DNA of 63,387 bases, the filler included, from Craspedostauros australis (lineage: Eukaryota), in assembly GCA_030167865.1 (NCBI GenBank). It is 12 parts of 12 records of this genome, joined end to end, with 100 filler letters (N's around TTAATTAATTAA, not from the genome) between each part and the next. Parts side by side here need not be neighbours in the genome. Positions count along the whole stretch, not along the records: positions 36,303 to 40,278 come from JALAGF010004392.1; positions 40,379 to 43,681 come from JALAGF010004394.1; positions 43,782 to 56,097 come from JALAGF010004395.1; 9 more parts are not named here. One strand, written 5' to 3'. Made by a program: the position numbers and the translations under genes. The notes beneath the pieces are model-generated. The model did no database searches, was not told where the DNA came from, and was given only the letters and a program-made list of their open reading frames with translations. This document shows, piece after piece, positions 36,303-45,516 of the stretch (position 1 is the first letter of the stretch; each line of letters starts with the position of its first letter).

Positions 36303-37120
36303 GGTCCAGATGTCGGTCCAGATGTGGGCTTCAGAGTTGGCTGGAAGGTGGGAACGGAGGTTGGAACAGATGTCGGAATCACTGTCGGATTTCCCGTTGG
36401 TTCTGCGGATGCGGAGTCAAAACTGATTGGTTGATCTTTTTGGATTCGGTTTGGGTCGACGGATGGCATTTCGCTGGGTTGGAGACTCGGAGGGCTGCTT
36501 GGGCTGCTGCTGGGTTGCTCAGAGCAACAGCACGATCTGCCACCCTTGCCCTCATCACCCTTGCCACCCTTGCCCTCATCACCTTTGCCGCCCTTACCAT
36601 CGATGCTGTCATCTCCGTCATCTCCCTTACCGCCCTTGCCGTCATCTCCCTTACCGCCTTTGCCGTCGTCGCCTTTTCCTCCTTTGCCGCCCTTGCCGCC
36701 CTTGCCTTCGTCACAGATGCACTCAAAGTCCTCGTCCTCGTCTTCATCTTCATCTCCCTTTCCACCCTTTCCACCCTTGCCTTCATCGCCCTTCCCGTCT
36801 TCTCCTTTTCCATCATCTCCCTTTCCGCCTTTGCCTCCCTTTCCTCCCTTTCCACCCTTGCCGGAGCAGTCGTAGCCCTTCCCTCCCTTGCCTTCGTCTC
36901 CTTTTCCATCATCTCCCTTTCCACTGTCGCCCTTGCCGCTGCTCGATTCTTGGGCGCGGCGCGAACCTCGGATGATGTCTTGCTGTCCGCGGACTCCGCG
37001 TCGGCGGGAGTCACGGCTGTGATGCTCCGCACTGAAGACGCGAGCATCTGCGTTGTGCCATGTGAGCGTCGCCAGCAAGAGTGCGACGAGGCATATAGTG
37101 TTGGTGATGGATGTCTTCAT
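36303..37120 (-). CDS. 5' half of a secreted Lys/Gly/Asp-rich (GKGG/GKGDD repeats) + PTS-mucin protein
   Basis: Signal peptide MKTSITNTICLVALLLATLTWHNADA, basic propeptide ..RGSRRAQ, GKGGKGD repeats and the start of PTSxPT repeats at the contig edge. Confidence 0.85.
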
Positions 37121-39263
37121 GATCAGGGTTGTCTCGGTTGCTTGTAGTTGGCTTGTCGATGTTGGGCTCTCAAATGTGATTGTATATGCTTGTATCAAGG
37201 TCACGGCCAGTGCTCTGGGTGCTCCGAGCTCGTTGATTGGTTTGCTTGGTGTGCTTGCTTTGTTTGCCTGCTGTTCGCGTGTGTGCTTTGTGTGTTTCAC
37301 TGCATTGAATTTCAGTTTTATGAGTGCCCCGAGACCGTATCCAACAAAGAGGCCTTCGAGTGAAATGTTGATGTGTGTGGTTGATGTGTTTGGGTTTGAT
37401 GCTGTTCTGCGCTGTGTCTTGTTTTTGCAACAGGTTGGCATGCGGACTCTGGTTGGAGTTTGGTTGTTTTCTTCCAGGAGGTCGGTTGACCAGACAAAGG
37501 TGGCCTGGGCATGCTCGATGTTCGACGGGGAATGATGCGATGGGGAGGAGGAGTTCGAGGAGGGCACTCGGTGATAGCGCCCCGCTTGTTGACTTGCGAT
37601 GCTTGTCTCCGCGAGTACGGTGCTGTCTTCACCAGCGACCTGCACGCACGAGTGCGTTTGCGTTTGTTGTTGCTGTTGTTGTCGTTTTTGGGGAGTTTCT
37701 CGAGAAGGAAAATGTGGGAGCATTGTTCGCATTTTGAACTCCAACGGTATTTCGGAGTGGCGCCACAAAAGAGACAACAGTATTGTCGCCTGCAAGAGAA
37801 CTACTTATTACGAACGTTATTTTTTCATTCGAAAGTAACGCTTGGCACTCGCGTTTCTCTAAACAAAACATGAGCAGATAGTCCGCACCAAGGCACCGAT
37901 GTTACACCACACAAAATTGCAACGATCACCAAGATGGCGGATGGTTGGGACATGGAACAAGACCCGTTCCACGATCTTTGCTGCCGCATTTGGAGAAGCG
38001 GTGGGGATGCTACAAACGACTTCGACAACCGTTGTTCGTTTCGTGAAGGAGGGGAGGTGCATGTCAACACAATCTACCCCACCTTGCGTCGCGCTTCGCT
38101 GTAATCGTATTCCCAAGTTCGCCATAATGCTCGCGATGTGTTGTCATTGGTGAGATAGACGCATGGTCCGTTGTTGCCATCAACCTTGTCAAACGGGGTT
38201 TCAACGTGTTTGCCTGGGGGAACCTCGATCAAACCACCGGCCGACATCTACCGAAGTGAATGGGTTCGAGCGGACTCGTATGTTGTGTGGTGTCGCACTG
38301 TATGCACTCGTATTGATCCTGCGCATTGGCACTCGTCTTTGTGCGCGCAGGTATGGTACCAGGCTGGTAAGATATACGTGTTGGAGCATGCCATCGCCAC
38401 AACGTCGTTGCGTGATGAAGAGCAGCAAAAGCATGGCCTTGCGAGATTGTTGTCCGAAATCGTTCGCCCATTCATCAATTCTTGGTTTATCAGTCATTCA
38501 TGACATCCCGCATGTCTTGACGACAGGAGGGAGAAGAGACACCAGGGACCTCATGGCAACAATACCTCCCTGCGAGTTCGACACGGCTGGCCCACAGTGT
38601 TCATCTTGACTATCGCGTCGACTTCTACTTCTGCGTTGGCTTTGGCTTTGGCTTTGGCTTGTGGCATCACATTGCAATAATACGTTGATTCATCCCGGCG
38701 TCGGCACATAATCATTGCGGCTCAATCAAGGAGAATGATACAGGATCCAAACAGATCGAACCGAACAAAGCACAGCGCGCAGGTCAAGCTGAGCAGATAT
38801 AGTACGGCAGAGAAGAGAACGAACGAGAAGGGCGGAGGATAGGAAATATTGTAGCTCGTATGAGTACTATATGAGATTATGTATGTGTATACACGCACTG
38901 GCCGATACAGAGTTCTTGGTTTCCTCGTGAGGAGCAACTTCGATTGCGCTACAGTCGTGAGACTTGCGAAGCTCTGCGTCACCTCAGTATCGTGCTTGTA
39001 CGCTCCGCTCTCGTCATCCGTGGTGTTGCTATCCGACGTGAGATCGGTTCGGATTGGATTCGAGCAGTAGGGGAAGCAAGGAAGGAAGTGACAGTGTGTC
39101 CTGGCTGCAAGCGAGTCGCGCCATGGATAACTACTGTCCCGCATGGTGTGTACGAGTAGTATTGCACAAATGCCATCTGATGCCTTGTTGCTATGCTGTT
39201 GAGATGCGTTCGACGCCATTCAACGACCATCGGCAACACGATATTGCCGATCACGTGAAACTT

Positions 39264-40278
39264 CTATGCAGCCGGGACGCATTCATTGACGGCGTCGAAC
39301 TCTGCACAATAGCAGAAGGATTTGAGACAGCATGCCACCTTCCCGCTGAATGGATCGTTGACTCCTGCGCAATCCGACGCCTGGAAACACGCTTCGTACT
39401 CGGGTGCGATTAGTTGCCATCCGGATCCGCCAGCGCACTGCAGAGGACTCGTGTCGTCGTGGCCGTACAGAGGAGGCATGAGGGTGGGGAGTGGCAGCGT
39501 CGGATCGAGAGTATCTTGCTGTACCTCGACGGTGGGAGGCTCCGTTGGTGAACCTGTTGGGTTGGAGGTAGGACTGGATGTTGGTTGTGATGTCGGGTTT
39601 GATGTTGGGTTAGAGGTTGGATCGGAGGTCGGTGCCGATGTCGGTCTTGCAGTTGGGTTTGACGTTGGGTTTGATGTTGGTGCCGATGTCGGTTGCGAGG
39701 TTGGGTTCGCGGTTGGCGCCAATGTTGGTGCCGATGTTGGTGCTGATGTTGGCTGGGAGGTTGGGTTTGACGTTGGTCTTGACGTTGGTCTTGACGTTGG
39801 TTTTGACGTCGGTCTTGACGTTGGTTTTGACGTTGGTTTTGACGTTGGTTTTGACGTTGGTCTTGACGTCGGTTGTGATGTTGGCTCGGAAGTTGGGCTT
39901 GATGTTGGTTGTGATGTCGGCTGGGAGGTTGGTCTTGAGGTTGGTCCAGACGTTGGGCTTGCGGTTGGCTGCGAAGTTGGTCCCGAAGTTGGTTGAGAAG
40001 TTGGTTGCGCTGTTGGATTGGCGGTTGGTTCCATCGTTGGTCCGAAGCTGTCACGAATAGTTGGACTGGCTGTTGGCGTCGATGTCGGTTGCGTTGTTGG
40101 TGATGGCGTGGGTGCAGATGTTGGTGCGGATGTTGGTGCGGATGTCGGTCCAGATGTGGGTCCAGATGTGGGTCCAGATGTGGGTGCAGATGTCGGTCCA
40201 GATGTCGGTCCAGATGTGGGCTTCAGAGTTGGCTGGAAGGTGGGAACGGAGGTTGGAACAGATGTCGGAATCACTGTC
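39264..40278 (-). CDS. 3' half of the same type of protein: PT(S/A)x tetrapeptide mucin repeats + 8-Cys C-terminal domain
   Basis: 12-bp repeat array encoding PTSQ/PTSK/PTSN. C-terminus C..C..C..CC..CxC..C. 40195-40278 is identical to 36303-36386. Confidence 0.85.
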
Positions 40279-40378
40279 NNNNNNNNNNNNNNNNNNNNNN
40301 NNNNNNNNNNNNNNNNNNNNNNTTAATTAATTAANNNNNNNNNNNNNNNNNNNNNNNNNNNNNNNNNNNNNNNNNNNN

Positions 40379-43300
40379 GCACCACCACGGGCGTGGTTCC
40401 ATGCTGCCAAATACATCGCTGACATCCACAACGTGACTGCGGATCAATCGCTCCGGTACAACATACCGCTCACCGTCCGGCATGGCGAGACCATTGATAT
40501 ATCGCCGTTCCTCACGTTTCGGTTCTATGAAAAGGTATACTACCTTGACCCGCAGAGCTCGTTTCCAGACCCCAAGGAACAGAATGGTTACTGGCTTGGC
40601 GTTGCTGACTCGTGTGGAGACGCACTCACGTACTTCGTACTCACTGATGATAAGCAGCGCATACTTGTCCGCAGCGTTGTGCGACCGTTCCGCACCAACA
40701 TGGAAAACAAGCGGCTGCCGTTTGGCAAGGAGCTTGACCCGAACGCAGAACGCGATGCACCGGATGCCCTGCTGGCATTGGATTCATCCCCACTGCCCAT
40801 GAATCAGCGGCTGAGGAAGCATCGGCGACCACCGCGCAAGGCACGACGCCACGTCCAGGGGCGTGCAACCACACCCACAACCACGCAACCTCACCAGCGT
40901 CCGCTAGCTGCCAAAGACGGCGTACCTGCTCATCGTTCACCGAGGCGTCATGGCGTTGCCAAGACACCGGCGAAAGGGGGGACTCTTGCGCGCGATGGAA
41001 ACAGTGGTACAGCGAAGAACGATACCGAAGAGGCGAAGACGCAGGGGCGACGTTCCCAACGCATCCGCGATAGGGGCGGTGGTCGCTCGTGGAAGCCAGA
41101 AGACGGACGAAAGTCCATCGTCCGCACACTGATGGCGGCCATTGGGGCAGACCAACCCATTGCTACATCACCACATACCGTGCTCGGGCACCACAGTCAA
41201 GCACAGGTTGGTATTCTCAATCATGAACACTTCTACCCCATGGATGTGTCACCACCAACAAGGGAACACTTCGATGACATGGAACCAAGAACAATCGTGG
41301 CAGGGCTGACACGGGCCGAGATCAAGCAACTCAACTACGTCATCCATGCGGACTTCTGCGAAGACCTGATCGAGGAGATGGCTGAGGGACAGGACATGCA
41401 AAACAGAGCGGCGTGTATCATCCGACACAAACTTCGCTTCAAAGGATCCACCAACGAACACTGGAAGGTCAATGTGGGATGGATGGACGGATCCAACTCG
41501 TGGCACAGAGTGGACGACATGCGGCTCCAGGACCCCTACATCATCAGCAAGTATGTGGAGGACCAATCATTGCACGACCACCCAGCATTCAAGTGGGTCA
41601 CACATGTCATCGAGGACAACGATGAGATCCGACGCACGATGGTGAACATGGTCAAGAAGAAGCAAGCAACCAAGAAAGGTGTTCGATACAAGTTTGGTGT
41701 CCAGGTACCCAACAGCGTTCGACACGCTATGTACCTCGACAGACTCAATGGAGACACGCTGTGGCTACAGGCACTCCAAAAGGAGCTCCAGCAGATCAGC
41801 AACTATGGTACCTTTCGGCTTCCAACGGCTGCAGATGACCTATCCACCTACCAATGCATCCCGTATCACATCATCTTTGACGTGAAGTTTGATCTACGAC
41901 GCAAAGCACGACTCGTGGCGAATGGGAACAAGTCTGATCCATCCGTGGAAGATGTCTACTCGGGCGTGGTCGCATTTGAGACCATCCGCATCGCCTTCGT
42001 TGTCTCTGCCATGAACGGACTCCAGGTGTGCGCAGGCGACGTTGGGAATGCATTTTTGTACGCCAAGACTCGTGAACGATGCTACGTCATGGCAGGGTCT
42101 GAATTTGGGGCACTGGAAGGCAAGCCAATGATCATCCACAAAGGCTTGTACGGGCTGCGAACTTCCAGTGCAAGATTCCATGAGCACCTGGCATCCACAT
42201 TCCGCGAACTCGGCTTCCAACCAACACAGTACGACAATGACCTGTGGATCAGAGAACATGAAGACCACTATGAAATGATTGCTTCATATGTCGACGATGT
42301 CCTTGTATTCAGCAGATCACCCATGGACATCATGAAGGTGTTGCAGGAGAAATACGTCATGAAAGGAGTCGGAGTACCCATGTACTATCTCGGAGGCAAC
42401 ATTGCACAACTGGATGACGTCTGGCAGAAGGAAGGTGTGTTCACAGCGCTGTCGGCAAAGACGTATATCGGAAGCGCATGTGAGAAGATTGAGACACTAC
42501 TGGGGAAATCTCTACCAAAGGTGGCAACCCCGATGGCGGAAGCATACCATCCAGAGACCGACGACACAGATCTCCTGGATCCAGCAGAAGCAAGCAAATT
42601 CAGGACGCTCATTGGCAGTGCGAATTGGATCATCACTCTGGGTCGCTATGACGTGCAGTTCGCGACGATGGCACTGTCGCGTTTCTCGATGACTCCGCGT
42701 ATTGGCCACCTGAAAGCCATGACCCGAGTCTTTGGCTACCTCAAGACCCACCGGAACGGGATGCTGCTGTGTGATCCAACCCTACCACAACACCCAGAAG
42801 CAGATCCGGATGAACACAACAAGTGGATCGAGTTCTATCCACAAGCAACTGAGGAGATGCCACACAATCAACCAAGGCCAAAAGGGAAACCAGCCAGAAT
42901 CACCGTGTACGTGGATGCTGATCATGCACACGACGTTGTGACACGCAGATCCGTCACAGGCATTGTGGCAAAGATCAACGGCATGGTGGTGCGTACGTTC
43001 TGCAAGCGGCAGAAGACGGTGGAGTCGTCTACGTATGGTTCCGAGCTGGTGGCCGTGCGCATCGCAGTGGATATGATCGTCGAGCTGAGAACAGCGCTCC
43101 GTGTCATGGGCGTTCCCATCGATGGACCTGCGCTACTCTTGGGTGACAACAAATCCGTGGTCATCAACACGACCATACCCACCAGCGTGCTCAAGAAGAA
43201 GCATTGTGGCATCGCATACCACCGCATCCGTGAGGCAATCGCTGCCAAGGCTGTGCAGTTCGTGCACATNGCGTCAGAGGACAACGAAGCCGACTTGCTG

Positions 43301-43534
43301 ACGAAACCCGTGGCAAAGCACACGTTCTACCGCCTCATCCGCATGTCACTATTCCGTCTACCAAAGCCACTTTCCAAAGCAAAGCGCGACACGACGAAAC
43401 CAGATCAGGCTGGACATGGCAACCGCAAGCAGACCAAGACACTCGTGAAGGTGGTTAGGACCTCGCAGGTCTTCATCCCTGACACGTCCAAAAGGGGCGT
43501 ATTGGAGCGAAACCAGTCACGAGGACTCGGCTGA
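40379..43534 (+). CDS. Copia Pol polyprotein (partial)
   Basis: YKFGVQVP, RRKARLVANG, GDVGNAFL, LYGLRTS and SYVDDVL (RT). YVDADHA, SSTYGSE, GDNKSV and NEADLLTK (RNase H). Frame is open from the contig edge. Confidence 0.93.
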   Translation, partial: APPRAWFHAAKYIADIHNVTADQSLRYNIPLTVRHGETIDISPFLTFRFYEKVYYLDPQSSFPDPKEQNGYWLGVADSCGDALTYFVLTDDKQRILVRSVVRPFRTNMENKRLPFGKELDPNAERDAPDALLALDSSPLPMNQRLRKHRRPPRKARRHVQGRATTPTTTQPHQRPLAAKDGVPAHRSPRRHGVAKTPAKGGTLARDGNSGTAKNDTEEAKTQGRRSQRIRDRGGGRSWKPEDGRKSIVRTLMAAIGADQPIATSPHTVLGHHSQAQVGILNHEHFYPMDVSPPTREHFDDMEPRTIVAGLTRAEIKQLNYVIHADFCEDLIEEMAEGQDMQNRAACIIRHKLRFKGSTNEHWKVNVGWMDGSNSWHRVDDMRLQDPYIISKYVEDQSLHDHPAFKWVTHVIEDNDEIRRTMVNMVKKKQATKKGVRYKFGVQVPNSVRHAMYLDRLNGDTLWLQALQKELQQISNYGTFRLPTAADDLSTYQCIPYHIIFDVKFDLRRKARLVANGNKSDPSVEDVYSGVVAFETIRIAFVVSAMNGLQVCAGDVGNAFLYAKTRERCYVMAGSEFGALEGKPMIIHKGLYGLRTSSARFHEHLASTFRELGFQPTQYDNDLWIREHEDHYEMIASYVDDVLVFSRSPMDIMKVLQEKYVMKGVGVPMYYLGGNIAQLDDVWQKEGVFTALSAKTYIGSACEKIETLLGKSLPKVATPMAEAYHPETDDTDLLDPAEASKFRTLIGSANWIITLGRYDVQFATMALSRFSMTPRIGHLKAMTRVFGYLKTHRNGMLLCDPTLPQHPEADPDEHNKWIEFYPQATEEMPHNQPRPKGKPARITVYVDADHAHDVVTRRSVTGIVAKINGMVVRTFCKRQKTVESSTYGSELVAVRIAVDMIVELRTALRVMGVPIDGPALLLGDNKSVVINTTIPTSVLKKKHCGIAYHRIREAIAAKAVQFVHXASEDNEADLLTKPVAKHTFYRLIRMSLFRLPKPLSKAKRDTTKPDQAGHGNRKQTKTLVKVVRTSQVFIPDTSKRGVLERNQSRGLG

Positions 43535-43681
43535 GTCACGAGCAGCAGCAAACGACAACAGCCACAGAAAAGGCACAGAAGGTGCAACGCAAAGAAAAGG
43601 AAAAAGAAACAAACCGGACACAATCCGCAAATCAACACACTAAGATACGACTTTATACCTACCACCGTCTCCGTTTCAATA
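43500..43681 (+). repeat. Putative 3' LTR (182 bp) with TATTG...CAATA termini
   Basis: Starts 2 nt after the PPT. TATTGGAGCG versus CGTTTCAATA is an 8/10 inverted match. The 5' LTR is not in the window. Confidence 0.65.
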
Positions 43682-43781
43682 NNNNNNNNNNNNNNNNNNN
43701 NNNNNNNNNNNNNNNNNNNNNNNNNTTAATTAATTAANNNNNNNNNNNNNNNNNNNNNNNNNNNNNNNNNNNNNNNNNNNN

Positions 43782-44019
43782 GAAGCATCATGGGCAGCCA
43801 CCCTTGCTGGTCCAGGTATTGCTGATGCTGGTGCTGCCGTCCGTGCTGGAGAAGCTGATTTAGAGAGTTGGGGTGCTCGGTGAGAGCGGAATCCATCGAA
43901 TCACTGACACTGCCGATGTTGCTGCCGCCAGTGGCGATGGTGTCGCGATTGCGATTGCCGCTGCTTGGAATGGCTGCGCAGGACGGCGGTGGAGGTGCGT
44001 AGCATCGATCCGGATTCAT
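43782..44019 (-). CDS. 5' fragment of a hypothetical Gln/Ser-rich protein, cut by the contig edge
   Basis: ATG at 44019 after a CA-rich leader; MNPDRCYAPPPPS...QHQHQQ is open to the gap. Confidence 0.35.
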
Positions 44020-45516
44020 TGTCGAGATTCTGTTCTTGCGCTCGAGTTTGGGCCCAAGTTCGAGCTTGTGCTTGTCCTTGTTGTGTTTGCCTTTGCTGCT
44101 GCTGCTGCTGCGAGTGAATGAGTGAGTGAGCGAGTGAGTGGTAGTGGATGTGTCTTGCTTCGGAGGATTCTGTCTGCGAGTTCGAGTATGGGTATGGTTG
44201 CGAGCGTGAGTATCTCCAGCGATGGTGTGGTTGGTCGGAGTCAAGAGATCAGGTTGTGTGTCGTTTAGTTCTTCTTGGGTTCGTCTCTTTTTGTGCGGAA
44301 TCGAATTCTTGTGTTTTGTCTCGTCACGCACTGGTCTGACCGAGCAAAGTGAAGCATTGTGGTCAGCCTTTTTGTTGTTATCATTCTCCCTGTTCTGTGG
44401 TTGTTGCGGTTTCGTGAAGCACTTACTACTAATAGGCGTCGCGATTGCGTCCGGTCGAGTGACAGAAGGTGGATTGAAGCGCGACGCGAACCGTCATTTG
44501 TCTATCTTCACGTAGAAACAATAGTAATGTTGTACGTGCGGTACTTGAGTGCGTACTGCTCCACGCGTGCCTGTTACCACCAATTGTGCAAATGACAGAA
44601 CGTACGTGTCACTGGTTGCGTGATTCTTGGCAGATGTTGTGGTGGTGACGTGGTGGCAATTGCGGAATCTGCTGCGAACATCTGTCCAGTGCACCATGTC
44701 TTTGCTTCGTCATTGGAGCTTCGCGGAATGCATTGTCATGTCGCACCTCTGTCGCGGTCGAAACAGATCGGGAAACAACACGGTGCAACTGTTCAAGATT
44801 CAAAGGATCTTGACACTTCCATCCACATCAAGACACATGATTTGGAGAGTGCGAGAGAACAGGGATCACTGTTGAGGAATGGCGATGGTGTCACCAACAA
44901 ACAATTGGAAACTTCTGCTGCAGAGTAGGTCGCATTGTCATGTTGTGCCGTTGCTGTCTGGTGCATGGCGCACAGTGCTGGACTTTCAGCGCGGAGCAGC
45001 CGCACAATGGGAGCAGAGAGCATGATCGGCACCCTCTCATAGTATAGTCGTTTGTATAATACATACTCGTACCATTGCAATACGATGAATCCTGTTGCGT
45101 TGCGTTGGTGCCGACTCCGGATGAAGTGAGAGGCTGGGTCAACGAGAGACAGCCGCACCAGCGAGTGCATCTACTCGGATGCGGTGCATGCGCCTATGTT
45201 GGGCTTTGCGTTTGTCTGCACCTCATGACGCTGCTATTCAGAGATCATCCTGCGACTACACCAAGGGCAAACCACACAACCTCAACGGTCGTTCCCTCCT
45301 TGGAATCTCGGTCTTCTGAGGTTGCGCACTGCTCGCGCCACAACGTACAATCGCTGGAATGATTCGCTACACGAATGTATTATATTATTGTCTTGTTTCT
45401 ATTGCATCATGCGCGTAGCAGTGTACGATATCATGAGCGTACTCGTGCACTGACCGCCACATATCATGCCATACGCACCGCTCCGATTCTTTCTCTGATA
45501 TCGCCGGCTTTGCAGT

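Larger units (their letters stand above)
40379..43681 (+). mobile_element. Ty1/copia LTR retrotransposon (diatom CoDi-type), 3' part: integrase C-terminus, RT, RNase H, PPT and 3' LTR
   Basis: IN-RT-RH domain order, polypurine tract AAAAGGGG at 43490-43497, then a 182-bp segment with inverted termini ending at the contig edge. Confidence 0.92.
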
